Part shown: one piece after another, positions 11,650 through 23,452 of the stretch
How the letters are laid out: each line of letters starts with the position of its first letter
How positions within the stretch are numbered: the stretch's first letter is position 1
NCBI GenBank assembly: GCA_025558095.1
Contig: JAIVFI010000032.1
Coordinates: 62,001 to 126,000 of the forward strand
Source of the DNA: Hyaloraphidium curvatum SAG 235-1
Taxonomy: Eukaryota; Fungi; Monoblepharomycota
Reading direction: 5' to 3'
DNA: 64,000 bases
The notes under the pieces: model-generated
Databases searched by the model: none
Told to the model about the DNA's origin: nothing
The model's input: only the letters and a program-made list of their open reading frames with translations
Position numbers and translations under genes: made by a program

Positions 11650-11819
11650 TTGCGACTGCATGCCCAATGACGGAATAAATCGAGGGCGCAGTTCTGAGAA
11701 GTGCCCAAGCGTTGGACGAAGTAACGATTCACACCTCGAGATTGCCCAGTTCGGGCCATTCTTACCTTTCTGGATTGTCTTCATTCTTCCATCTTTGCGT
11801 TCCGTGAGGGACATTCGGC

Positions 11820-12917
11820 ATGGCGACGCAGGACGGACCTGTGCCAGCGACACGCACACTCTACCACCTCAACACTCGCCTGTTCGTTCATGGGCCTGTA
11901 TCCTTGCTGGCAATCGTTGCTGATGGAACAGAAACTGCCTCCAATGTGACCAATCTCCGTGCCGGGGAGCTGGCGGTCGCTCTCGATGAGACGATCTTCC
12001 ATCCGACTGGCGGCGGTCAGGACTCCGATTTCGGCATCATAGAACTTGAACTGCCGAAAAGCGAAGATACGGCGACCGGCCATGGCGACAAACGCTTCGT
12101 GTTTCGCGTCCGCGAGGCCAAAATGGCCAAGGGCGCCGGCACCGTCTTCCATTCGGGCAACTTTGTCGAGCTGGCCGCTTCCGTGCTCGAAGTGGATCAT
12201 CCCGAGGACTCCGAGTCGATCGAACACCCGTCTCTTTCTGCTGCGCGTTCCGCTGCGGTGCTGGCTGCTTCCGAGGACCTGCTTGCGGCGTGGTCAAAGC
12301 CGAATGCTGTTTTCCGGCTCCGAATATCGGCACCCGAGCGTATCAGGAATGCTCGGCTGCACACTGCCGGACACCTGGTGGACCTGGCTATGCTGGACAT
12401 CGGCCTGATGGCCCGAGCCGCAGAGGACGTTGGTTTCCGATCTGGAAAGGCGTCGCACGTTGTCGGCAACGCTTGGGTCGAGTACAGCGGGGCTCCCAGT
12501 GAAGCCTGGGAAGCGCAGAACGGCGCGACGGCTCCTGCCGTCGAACCCGGCCCAAAGGGAAAGAAAGGCAAGGGGGCCGCACAGGAGTCTCCGTTGGTCA
12601 GTGTTGTTCCTCCTCTTCTGGACGCCTCCCTCCACAAGCTCCTTCCCGAACTCAAAGAAACCAGCATTTCCGCGCTCACCGTCCCGTACGCGGAAGCAGC
12701 GAAGCTGTGCGGCGGCTGGCTGCCGGACTACTTGCCCGCCGACTCCGAGCCGAGGATCGTGATTCTTGCGGACGGATGGCCGGGATGCCCGTGCGGCGGG
12801 ACGCACCTGCGCTCCGTCGGCGAGCTATGGGACGCCGAGAGCGGACGGTCGCAGGTCAAGGTGACGGGTGTCCGCCACAAGAAAGGAGTTCTGAAGGTGC
12901 TTTACGAGGTCGAATGA
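11820..12917 (+). CDS. AlaX-type free-standing alanyl-tRNA editing protein (AlaRS/ThrRS editing domain)
   Basis: LDETIFHPTGGGQDSD plus the zinc-binding motifs HTAGH (HxxxH) and CGGTH (CxxxH). Single exon, 365 aa. Confidence 0.9.
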   Translation: MATQDGPVPATRTLYHLNTRLFVHGPVSLLAIVADGTETASNVTNLRAGELAVALDETIFHPTGGGQDSDFGIIELELPKSEDTATGHGDKRFVFRVREAKMAKGAGTVFHSGNFVELAASVLEVDHPEDSESIEHPSLSAARSAAVLAASEDLLAAWSKPNAVFRLRISAPERIRNARLHTAGHLVDLAMLDIGLMARAAEDVGFRSGKASHVVGNAWVEYSGAPSEAWEAQNGATAPAVEPGPKGKKGKGAAQESPLVSVVPPLLDASLHKLLPELKETSISALTVPYAEAAKLCGGWLPDYLPADSEPRIVILADGWPGCPCGGTHLRSVGELWDAESGRSQVKVTGVRHKKGVLKVLYEVE

Positions 12918-13066
12918 GTGGAATGTAGTGCGGTGGAAATGAAGAGCGCGGGAAGGGTCTGATTAGCTTCGTCTTTACATACTTTTCCGAGACACCAAGC
13001 TCGCAAGCCACAGCATCCATGTTCAAGCGATCTCAACCAACCGCCGATCCAGCTCTGAATCCTCGA

Positions 13067-13902
13067 CTAGTCCGCTTTTCGTCGTCCAGGCTTGGAGCTT
13101 TTGCTCGCTGCGATCCTTTCCGCCTCGTACCAATCCCACTCCTTCTTGAAGACGTTCGGCACGTGCGATGAGTCCCGCAGCAGGATGAACTTGGCCAGCG
13201 CCGAGTTCAGGATCCGGGGATAGAGGAAAGGACGCAACACTCGTTCGACGAACAAGTGAAAGACGAGCGCGAGGGCTGCGCCACAGAAGAAGCCGACAAT
13301 GACTTGCAACGACGTGTGGTACGAGAGATACACCCTGCACGGTGCGATTCAGCACGTCAACGCCCCCGAAAGCCCGCTCTCGGCCTCACCTTCCGCCGGC
13401 AACAGCAATCGCGACAGCGTACAGCCCAGCGATGAGCAGGGGCTTCCATATCCATGGTCTATCGTAGTCCAAGCGATCAAGGCAGTAGAGCGTAAAGTAC
13501 GTGGCCAGGAACGCCATGAACTGGGAGTGCGACGACGGCATCCCATGACCGGTACCGACGTTCGCTGATAGGACATGAGAAGACGCGTCTTGCGGGATCC
13601 AAACGCGTCCGATGCTCACGGTTCGGCCTGCTTTCCGCAAAGATCCGCTTCAGCACGGCATTGGCAGCTTCGTTGGCGAGCTGCCCGACCAAAGCGGTAC
13701 AGAGGGCGATCTCCCGCCGAGCCACGATGGCGGTCGCGTACCCAACGATGACGAATATGGGCACGAGGGCAGACAAGGCGAAGAGGACCCCGAGAGGATC
13801 GTTCGGGTCGTGCAGCACGTGCGTCAAGTCCAGCGGCTCTAACGCCGACGGGTCGAAGATGGAGGCCCCGAAGGAGGCATCCGATGCTTTCGTCGTCGCC
13901 AT
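13067..13902 (-). CDS. CAX4: Dolichyl pyrophosphate phosphatase (PAP2 family, CAX4/DOLPP1-like)
   Basis: LDLTHVLHDPND, GQLANE..N.VLKRIF.E.RP, GMPSSHSQFMAF, R(V)YLSYHTSLQVIVG and LLRDS. Two introns. Confidence 0.9.
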
Positions 13903-14120
13903 TGCGGTGGATTTCCGCCAGTCGTCAGGAGCATGGACGCGTCCTGGGGAGAGCGCGACGCCAGCGCCCACTCGCCGCGGCGCCGATCGTCCCGAACACC
14001 CGCTTTCATTTCCTCCGATCCCGCGCTTCGCAGTTCCTGGTCCGGGAGACAGCACTCCTCGGGACGAAACTCGGTTGCCTGCGGGACGAAAGCGGTGGTC
14101 GGCACCCCCGGCGCGGAGCG

Positions 14121-15318
14121 ATGGCCTTCCCGACGGGCGTGCTCGTCGGCCTGCTCTTTGTCTTTGCCCTGCCTTTCCTCCAATGGGCAGTCAACATCGT
14201 CCTCTTCGAACTCTTGTTCCCCCCAAAGACCCCGCGGCCGCACCACCCGGACCCCGAACTTGGCCCCCTGCTGCGGCACAAGGTTGTGCTGGTGACAGGT
14301 GCTTCGCAGGGGATCGGGCGCGAACTGGCCTGTCTGTACGCCGGTCACGGATGCAAGGTGGTGATTGCGAGCCGGAACGTCGGGAAGCTGGAGGAGGTGA
14401 AGAGGACGATGGTCGACGAGTGGGGTGCCAAGGGTGAGCTTTCCATGCCTCCGCGACAACGCCCTCTGATCTGCCGTGTTGTCGACAGAGTCGGACGTCC
14501 TCGTCGTCGGGTACGATGGGTCTAAGCCCCTCGGCACTGTCTCGACGGACTTGGTGACCCGGACCGTCTCGCATTTCGGGCATCTCGACATCCTCGTGCT
14601 CAACCACATTAAGTCCATCTACAGCCCCCTCTTCCCTCCCGATCTCCACCCTTCGACAGCTTCGGCCAAGGATGCTAGCCGGAAGATGCTCGAGGAGCAC
14701 GAGGAGGTCACGCGGACAAACTACCTGGCCTACGTTGAACTCGCGCTGGCCGCCCTCCCGCACCTCCGCGAATCCACGCTCCGCCACGCCAAGGAGCCGG
14801 GCAACTTTGTCGCCCAGATCATCGTCGCTTCCTCGGCCTCGGCCGGGATGCCTTCGACCAACATCCACTCTTACGCGGCGTCCAAGGCGGCAGTGAACCA
14901 GTGGTTCCAGGGCCTGCGCGCGGAGCTCAAATGCAACCCCTACTACAACGGGCTCGTGAAGGTGGACATTGGCATCCTCGGGGCCATCGACTCGGAAGGC
15001 TTCCGGTCGACACCGTTGGTGAACAATAAGACCGTCATGGCGTCGCTGGCGGGGACTCTGGACGCGGCGTGGAGGCTCATTCGGGCAGGGTTCGACGGTC
15101 GGGGCACTTGGTACGGCGGACGCGGGCGGCAATGGTACTTCCCCTTCTGTGAGTGGTGGTCGCGGTCCGTCAAGCTTGCGTGTTGACCTGTGTCTGTGTC
15201 GACAGTTGCCAGTTTGCCCGGATACTTCCTCTCCCTGTTCCAGTTTGGACTCGACCCGTTCGTGGAGCTCCTCTATTCCGAGGACGCCAAAAGAGGACGC
15301 AAGGTCATCCGGACTTGA
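14121..15318 (+). CDS. Membrane-anchored short-chain dehydrogenase/reductase (11beta-HSD1-like)
   Basis: N-terminal hydrophobic helix, TGASQGIG, LDILVLNH, YAASK and ILGAIDSE. Introns at ~14434-14489 and 15149-15205. Confidence 0.85.
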
Positions 15319-15367
15319 GCGCAGAGTCGGGCTTGTGCGTCTATATAGCACAAGCGCGCGACTACAC

Positions 15368-17995
15368 TTATGCAACCTCAACGACTTTGTCCCTCCGGAA
15401 GCCGCGCAGCAGCGCGTCACCCCCGGATCCTTCTCCCTCCTCCGCCCGCAGCATACATCCCTCGTCGAACTCCACCAGTCCCCTCTCCCAGCCCGGCATC
15501 GTCCGGAGGTCGTCCACCACCTTGTCGGTCGCAAAGTACGGGTGCCACGCGACGTTCTTGACCTCGTGCGTGCCGCACACCGTCGAGCGCACGGTGCGGG
15601 GCAGCTTGGCGCCCTTAGGATCGCGGAGCTGGTGCCCGAGGGTGATGCAGCTGACACCGGCAATCACCATGATCGGCTCGTAGCCCTCCACTGGTATGCT
15701 GGTTTCTGCAACGGGAGGGCCCAGCACGAAAGAGTACACGGCTTCCACGGGCCTCCACCGCGGCTCCGCAAGCTCCACAGGGAAACGCCATTCCCCCGAG
15801 TCGTCGCGCACGGGATGCCAGGGCGTCACGAGCAAGCCCGACGGCAGTCGAGACAGCAACGCACGGCCCGAAGTGATCCGGGTGCGCAGAATGCAAACAA
15901 TGGGCGCGGCGTGTCCCGAAGTTGTCCTGATGAGTTGCCCTGCCGCGAGATTCGAGCACTTGGAAGTAGAGCCCGACGCCATGAGCACAGGCGAGTCCGG
16001 GTGGAAACACGGGTTGTCGGCGTCGTAGTACATCCGCATGTTGGCCTGCGGCGCCGGTGCCGAGCCGCCCGAGAGGGATGACGTCCACTGCGTCCGCGGC
16101 CGGCTCGGAGTTGGCGGAGGAAGAGACAGGAAGACCTGATCCGCCTTGTCCCGCTCCCTGCCAAAGACGCTGTCCTCGGGACCGTAGCCCTGAACCCCCA
16201 CGTCCTTGAAGTTGTGAGTCACCTGCAACAGATGTGCACGTGCGAGGCTTGGAAGGTAGTGGCAACCCCATCTGCTGAACCAATCGGAACGTGAGAGCGC
16301 CGGCAGAACTTGAGCGCCAATGTCCTGCGCGATCGGGCTCGTTGGTGGCAAGGCGCCTTGCAAGGACGCAAAAAGCGCGTGGGTGTCGGCGAGGACTGGC
16401 GGCGGCAGATTGGCCTTGACCAAGTCATGGAAGAGAATCCGCTCGTACGTCGCAGCCACGGCAGCATCTGTGGCATCCGCAGCCGCAGCGTTTGCGGACA
16501 CGGTCTTATGATCCACGTCCGCAGTGTGGTCCGTCTTGCCGACGTCATAGTCCAAGGCAACATTGACAGTTTGGCCTTCTGCGCCAGTCCAACCTTCGAG
16601 ACGGAAGAGGAACGAGCGAGGCTGACCATACCCGATCGCCCCGTCCGGAAGCTGGATCTTTGCGCCGCCGTCCGAGTAGGTCACGTTCAGTTCCGGTCCG
16701 CCGTACGCTCCGTTCGCGGCGATCCGAACGCCGCCTGACGTGGTCACATTCAGAACGGGCTTGCGCAGAGGAAGGCGGGAATACAGCCAGGCTGTGAGGT
16801 TCACAAAAGACGTGCCGACCATGCCAGCGTCTGGAATGAACGAGTACTTGATCCGATCCGCGTTAGCCAATGACGAAGTCCACGAAACGATCACGGCCGC
16901 TTACCATCCCCTTGCCCAACTCTGCGATCCCGCGCAAAAGCTTCGACTCGACGTCGTACCCAAACCCAAAGGTGGAAATCGGAGGCAGCGGGTTCGCGGC
17001 GGCGAACCGCACCAAGCTCGGAAGAGTGCCTCGGGGAGGTTCGATGTTGGGCACGCCGTCCGTCAGGAGGACCACGTGAGGCATCCTGTAGGGGTTCGAC
17101 CTCAGAGGCGAATGGATCCGCGAGGCCGTGGTGAGAAGCTCCAGCCCGGTCTTGAGGCCGTCGAATATGTTTGTCGAGTCCTCGGGAACGAGCGCGGCGA
17201 TCTTCCTAGAGGCAAGCGCGAGCCCCTGTTCGTTCATGGCGGTGAGTGGGAGGACGGTGGTGGCCTTGTCCGTGAACTTGACGATTGCCAGCCTGTCGTT
17301 GGGACCCATAGTGTGGGCCATGGTCGACAAGGCGTGGCGAACAATGTCAAGCACCGAGAGGCCGGACGATTCGGTGGTCGTTCCAGTCTTGACGACCGCG
17401 TCCGAACCCATGGAGCCCGAAACATCGACGACACACACGAGGTCCAGCGGCGTACGCTCCGGAGAGTCGGCAGGGGGTTCCAAGACGACGTGAAGAGCGT
17501 GTGCGGGCACATTCGCGTCGCCGGGGAGGGCTCGCGAAGCCAGGGGAACGACGGTCGCGCGCAAGCGGATCGTGGTGTCTAGCGTCGTGATTTGCTGGGA
17601 TCCAGCGGGCCTTGTGGGGGCTTCGGCCGTGCCTGCACCGGCGCGGGCGCCGGCATCTCCGTCCTGGTTCGTCCTGAGCCATTCCTCAATGGCATCCTTG
17701 AGCGCCCGATTCGGAGCGAGCTGACTGGAAGCAAGGAAGTAAGGAAGTAAACGGCACGCCCGAATGAGTTCAGACGGCCCGGAGAAGTCTGGAGAGCTGG
17801 AACCAACCTGATTGCGAGACGTCGCCTGGTCACGGGGGACGTTCCAACTCCGGTTTCGTCGCGCGAGAGCCACTCTTCGATGGCCGACCGCTCGTACGAG
17901 TTGCCTTCCGGGTCGATTACGGGGTCATTCATCACGGTCTGGGTGAGCGGGCAGACGTAGGCCAGAGGTGGCTCCGGAGCATCCTCGGCCGACAT
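15368..17995 (-). CDS. U-box - von Willebrand A - Vwaint - Hint (Vint-family) protein
   Basis: U-box: CPLTQTVMNDPVIDPEGNSYERSAIEEWL...SPVT...PNRALKDAIEEW. vWA MIDAS motif DVSGSM with LLTDGVPN and TFGFGY. Vwaint: WGCHYLPSLARAHLLQVTHNFKDVGVQ. Hint: P/CFHPDSPVLMA...VTPWHPV...VYSFVL...ITLGH, followed by an HPYFAT tail. Confidence 0.9.
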
Positions 17996-18261
17996 TGCGA
18001 CGAGAGACGGGCGAGGACGGAAGCCGATGTTGCGGAGCAAGTCCTTGCACGGTCGGAGAACTGCTTGACACGGCCTAGGACGGAGCTTTTGTGGAGGAGT
18101 CGCAAGGCAAGGCGAGAGCGCACAGCGGGAGTGGCGCAGTCAGCACACAGCACGGGATCTCCCGCCGTCCCTCAACGGACGATGAGACGATTCGAAGCGG
18201 AGCGAGAATGTTAAGAAGACTAAGAGCACAGATGTTATGATGCGATGAAGGTAGAGCTCGA

Positions 18262-20217
18262 TCACTTTCGCGCCTTGTAGGCGATGTAGCCAACGGCTCC
18301 GACAGCTGCCGCGCCAACCAGCGCAAGCGTAGAGGGCCCCTGGCGGTCGTTGAGGAACTTGTTCCTGTTCAGCTTCTTGCCCAGAATCCACCCGAGCCAA
18401 GCCGACTTTTGCTCCGAGTACGGCGCCACGCGAAGGTCGTTGACCATCTCGAGGGCGAGCGGCCGCAGGAGGCACGACTTTTTGTGCGAGAAGTTGCGGA
18501 AGCCCTCAATCCCATGGTACGCTGAGGACGCGTGATCCATGAGGATGGTTCGACGCAGGACAACAGGGAACACGAACCTCCGCAGCCACTGGGCCCGACA
18601 CCGCCGAAAGGCATCTGAGCAACGAGGAAGTGCATGATGACGTCGTTAGCGACGAAGCCACCGGCGTGGATCCTCCTCTTGCAGTCCTCAACGACTTTCC
18701 GGTCGCTCGAAAAGACGTAGGCCGCGAGCGGGTGGTCATTCTTGGCGATGTACGCAATGGCCTCGTCCAGAGACTTGATGGGGATAACGGGAAGGACGGG
18801 CGCAAAGAGCTCTCCCTCCATGAGGGCGTTCTTGGCCGCGCCAGGAAGGCCGGCCTTGAGGAGAACTACCGTGGGCTCGATGAAGAGGTCGGCCTCGTCC
18901 GTTCTGCCCCCGAAGATGAGCTGGGCATCCGGATCCTGCTTGGACTGCTCCAGGATCTTCTTGATCCGACGGAAGTGGTTGCCGTTGATGACACGGCCGT
19001 AGCTGGCGCTCTTCTGAGCATCGGTGCCGTAGAACTCCCCAATGAAGCGCTTGACGAGGCTACAGAACTCTTCGGCGTATGGTTCATAAACGAGGACCTG
19101 TGGAGATTGACATATGCTGAGCACGAGAAGACAGGTCATTAAGCTATCCACCTACGTAGTCGGGAGCAATGCAAGTCTGTCCGCAATTAAAGTATTTGCC
19201 CCAAGCAACGCGGCGCTGCAGATAGGTCGAGCTTTAGACGAGGAGCTGGTTGAATCATGATGGTTAAACACCCACCGCAGCGATAGCCAAGTCCTTGCAG
19301 CTCTTGTCCACAATGACCGGGCTCTTGCCGCCGAGTTCGAGAGTCACCGGAGTGAGATGCTTTGCAGCTGCCGAAGCGACGATCTTGGCCACAGTCCCGT
19401 TGCCCGTGTAGAGGATGTGGTCAAACTGGAGCTCGAGTAGCCGGGTCGTCTCGGCCACGCCTCCTTTGATGACCCGAACCACGCGAGGGTCGAGGTACTT
19501 GGGAACCAGCTCGGCAATGAGCTTGGCGCTGTTCGCCGCGACTTCAGAAGGTTTGAGGATGACAGCGTTCCCAGCTGCCAGCATCCCCATAAGCGGTGCG
19601 AGCGTAAGCACGAAAGGATAGTTCCACGGCGATCTACGTTCGTCGAATGAGCGGCTTGATGGACCGTTGCCCGGCCAAGCGATCTCACATGTTCAGAACG
19701 AGCCCGAAGGGTTCATACTGGACGACCGTCGTGTCCGTCGCATAAGCAAGGTCGGGTTTGACGACGGTATCCGCAGTCCATTGGTCAAGGTGCTCCAAGG
19801 TATCGATCACGTCGCCGCAGAAGGCGGTTCCCTCGAGCTCGACCTGAGGGCCCGACAGATAAGCTTCGTTCAGCTTGACGGCACGCACTTGGCCCTAACC
19901 TCGGCCCTCGGCTTCCGCAAGTCCTTGTACATGGCATCAGCGATGGCATCGATGTTTTCCTTGGAGGAAAGGGGCCCGTTAGGCTCGTCGGGACCGGCGC
20001 GCCGCGGGACGCACCTTGAACAGGTCGTGGAGCGCGACCAGTTGCTTCTTGCGGAAGGCCACGGGCTGCGTGATTCCCGACTGGAACCCCTTGCGCACTT
20101 CCTCGACGATCTGAAGTGCGAGAGGGAGATTTAAGCGACGCTTTGCGCGGGAGACGGCCACTCAACGGAGCTCACCTTGGGGATCTCGTCCACAGGGGTG
20201 AACACGAGGCCAGCCAT
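18262..20217 (-). CDS. Aldehyde dehydrogenase, ALDH3 / fatty aldehyde dehydrogenase type, C-terminal membrane anchor
   Basis: [56 protein letters not shown] and PFGGVGPSG; hydrophobic tail [17 protein letters not shown]. Many introns. Confidence 0.93.
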
Positions 20218-20472
20218 GGTTGATGCTGCCTGTAGAATAGAGGTACCCGCCCGCCTATGGAGGTTCCTTCGCTCGTCAGGCGGGAGCCTGGGGAAGTTGG
20301 AGATTTTGGTTGTTCCCGCCGCCCTTCCCGCGCCGCGGACCCGCACGCACGTGACAATGGATTCGAACGTTCCATGATTATCGATCGGGTCGCGGACTGG
20401 TTCTCTGGCGACGTTGGGCAAAAGCACACTCTCTGGGCAGTTTAATGGCCGTTGAATGGAAGGCGGTCTCGC

Positions 20473-21238
20473 CTACATCTTTCCCGGTCCGATCCTTTCA
20501 TCCCGCGCCTCGAACCACGCGTTGAACACGTCCCAGTGGGCAGGGAAGGCGAAAGTCTCCTTGGGAAGGCGCTCGTAAGCCACCGTCCTTTCCGTAACCT
20601 CCCTGCTTTCCTCGAAAGGGGGCAGGGCAGAGGCGCGGATCGGCGGGGCGATCGAGAAGATCAGCAGGTGGGAGAGGACGGGGGAATCGAGGATCGAGGT
20701 GAGAGTTTGGATCCGGAGCTGGTTCCCCGCGAGCCATGTCAATGCCGGGGTTCGATGTCGCGAGAGACGCGAGATTGCCCACCTGCTCGGGGTTGACCGC
20801 CAATCCCGTTTCTTCGAAGCATTCTCGGGCCGCGCCCTGCTGCCACGTTTCTCCAGTCTCCACGAACCCTCCCGGAAACGCCAGCAGTCCCTTTCCGGGC
20901 GTAATGCCCCTTCGAATGAGGAGCAACCCAGTCCTTTGCGGCGACGCCGCGCCCTCGGGCCCCGATTCCTCTACTGGCACCATGCAAAGCGCCACGGGGA
21001 GCGGGTTCGAGTAGCTAGTCGACGAGCAGCCGGTACAGTTCCGGGGAAAGGCGGCACGCGGATCCGGCCACGGGTTGCCGCAGAACGTGCAGTGCGAGTT
21101 CCGTGCGGCCGGTCTCTGGGCCGGAGCTGCCGTGCCGGCCGGAGCTGCCATTCTCGCTTTCGGAGAACAAGAAAAGCTGCGATTCAGGCTCAGATTCAGG
21201 CTCCGGGTGGCGGGAATCAATCCACGGAATGCAGGCAT
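20473..21238 (-). CDS. NUDIX hydrolase with N-terminal Zn-ribbon and a possible mitochondrial presequence
   Basis: CTFCG...CTGC...YSNPLPVA, Nudix box PGGFVETGETWQQGAARECFEETGL and C-terminal FAFPAH. One intron at ~20714-20782. Alternative start at 21151. Confidence 0.85.
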
Positions 21239-21310
21239 TCGAAGCGTCGCGGCGATCGGACAAACTTGGGACCGAACGCTTCGCCGTCTCCCCCCCAACC
21301 CGGAGCCAAA

Positions 21311-23222
21311 ATGAGCGGCAAAGGACGCAAAGTCTACGTCATTGGGGTCGGAATGACCAAGTTCGAAAGTTGGTCTCGGCGGAGGGCGGGGGACGGGACC
21401 GAGTTGGCCGCCACGGCGGGGGCAGCCCAACGGTTGAACCAAGCCCGCACGGAGTCCGCTGCGGCGTGTTTCTCGGTCCCGGCAAAGCAGACAACAACAC
21501 TGGAGCATGCTCTGACCGCGATTCGCTGCCGCAGAGCCCGGGAGACGCAAGGGTTTTGACTATCAGGACTTCGCCAAGGAGGCCGGAGTCAAGGCCCTCC
21601 TGGACGCCGGGCTGACCTTTGACGCCATCGAGATGTGCGCTGTTGGCTACTGCTACGGGGACTCTACGTGCGGGCAGCGTGCGGTGCGTTGGGACGCTTC
21701 TTGCGTCTGGACGTCTTCTCATTACGCACCCTGTCGACTTCCTGCCCCTCCAACTCATCCAGGCCTACCAGCTCGGCATGACCGGCATTCCGATCATGAA
21801 CGTCAACAACAACTGCAGCACCGGCTCGACCGCCATGTACCTCGGGCGGCAGAGCATCGAGGGCGGGCTGTACGACTGCGTCATGGCGCTGGGCTTCGAG
21901 AAGATGTTCACGGGCTCGCTCAAGAGGTGCGGCGGCGCCGCGGTCCCATTCGGCTGTGGCTGACGGTAAACGCTTCGCAGCTTCTTTGAGGACCGCACCA
22001 ACCCCGGCGACTGGAGGCGCAACCTGATGAAGGACCGCCGCGGCATCGACCCCAAGGCGCCGCCCGCCGCCCAGACGTTCGGTGATGCAGTCGGGCGCCG
22101 CCTAAAGGACCCCACTAACGCCTTGCGCCGCGGCCAGGCAACGCCGGCATCGAGTACTGCGAGCGCTTCGGCGCCACCGCCGAGCACATGGCCAAGATTG
22201 GGGAGAAGAACCACCGTCACTCTGCTCTGAACCCCTACTCGCAATTTCAGGACGTGCACACGCTCGACGAGATCAAGTCGTCGCGCAAGGTGTTCGGTCC
22301 TCTTACCGTGCTGCAGGTTGGTGCTCTGCCGCGAGTTCTGCGGGTTGTTCCTCAACTAAATCCGCCCGATCTCCTCGATAGTGCTGCCCCACGTCCGACG
22401 GCGCGGGTGCGTGCATCCTCGCCTCGGAGGAGTTCGTCAAGGCGCACGGGCTCGAGCCTCAGGCCATCGAGATCGTCGCCCAGGTGCTCGCCACCGACTC
22501 GGCCGACCCGGTCAAGACCAAGTCGTCCATGGACACGGCCGGCTTCCAGATGACCAAGCGCGCGGCGGCGGACGCCTACAGGATCGCCGGCATCTCGGCC
22601 GCCGATGTCGGCGTGGTCGAGCTGCACGACTGCTTCTCGGCCAACGAGCTGGTCACGTACGACGCGCTGCAGCTGTGCAAGCCCGGCGAGGCGCACAAGC
22701 TGGTGGACAGCGGCAACACGACGTTCGGCGGGGCCGGGCCGATCGTCAACCCGTCGGGCGGGCTCATCTCCAAGGGGTGCGTTCATCCGGTTGGTTCCGA
22801 CTGGTGCTGAGTTGGGCTGACCGCTCGAGCGCAGGCACCCGCTCGGTGCGACCGGTCTCGCCCAGGTCTGCGAGCTGACCTGGCAGCTCCGCGGCTGGGC
22901 CGGCAAGAGGCAGAGTGGGTCCTCCGCCGCCCTTTGCCCGTTCCCGTCTGACCTTCCCGCCTTTGCCCCAGTCCCCAACCTCAAGTACGCCATGGCGCAC
23001 AACGTCGGCCTCGGCGGCGCCGTCGTCGTCACCATCCTTCGCAAGGGCTTCCCCGACGCCAAGCCCAAGCCCGGGTACCAGTCCCCGCTGGAGCGCTTCA
23101 AGTACAACCCCGCCGTTGAAGCCCGGATGCTCGCCGAGGGCGATTTGGAGAAGGTTGTGGCCAAGGTCGGCGGGCTCAAGGCCGACGCGGACGGGCTGGG
23201 GCTCGTGGTTCCCAAGCTCTGA
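21311..23222 (+). CDS. SCP2/SCP-x type thiolase without the SCP2 carrier domain, ending in PKL
   Basis: [71 protein letters not shown] and HNVGLGGA. Multi-exon. Confidence 0.93.
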
Positions 23223-23452
23223 AGGCCGAAATGACCCAGTGGTGTACTGTCGAACAAAGTGCCGACTAAAATACGTCTGAACGAGCAGTCGAACAACGAT
23301 CGGCATCGATTATGCTGGTACATAGCTCCGGCCCCGCGGTCGTTCAACGCCACCCCACTTTACTCCCCACTACTTCCCACGTCCCCAACCGTTCGCAATA
23401 AGGGTGTCCGACTGATAAGGTATACAGGATGCGGCGGTTCGCACCCTCGCGC

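Noticed and set aside
15632-16009. Hint domain as a mobile intein
   Set aside because: It lacks the terminal His-Asn plus C/S/T and any homing endonuclease, and its context is the Vint architecture.
735-23222. Lipid-metabolism biosynthetic gene cluster (ligase, SDR, ALDH, thiolase)
   Set aside because: The genes are interspersed with unrelated housekeeping genes and there is no backbone PKS/NRPS or regulator.
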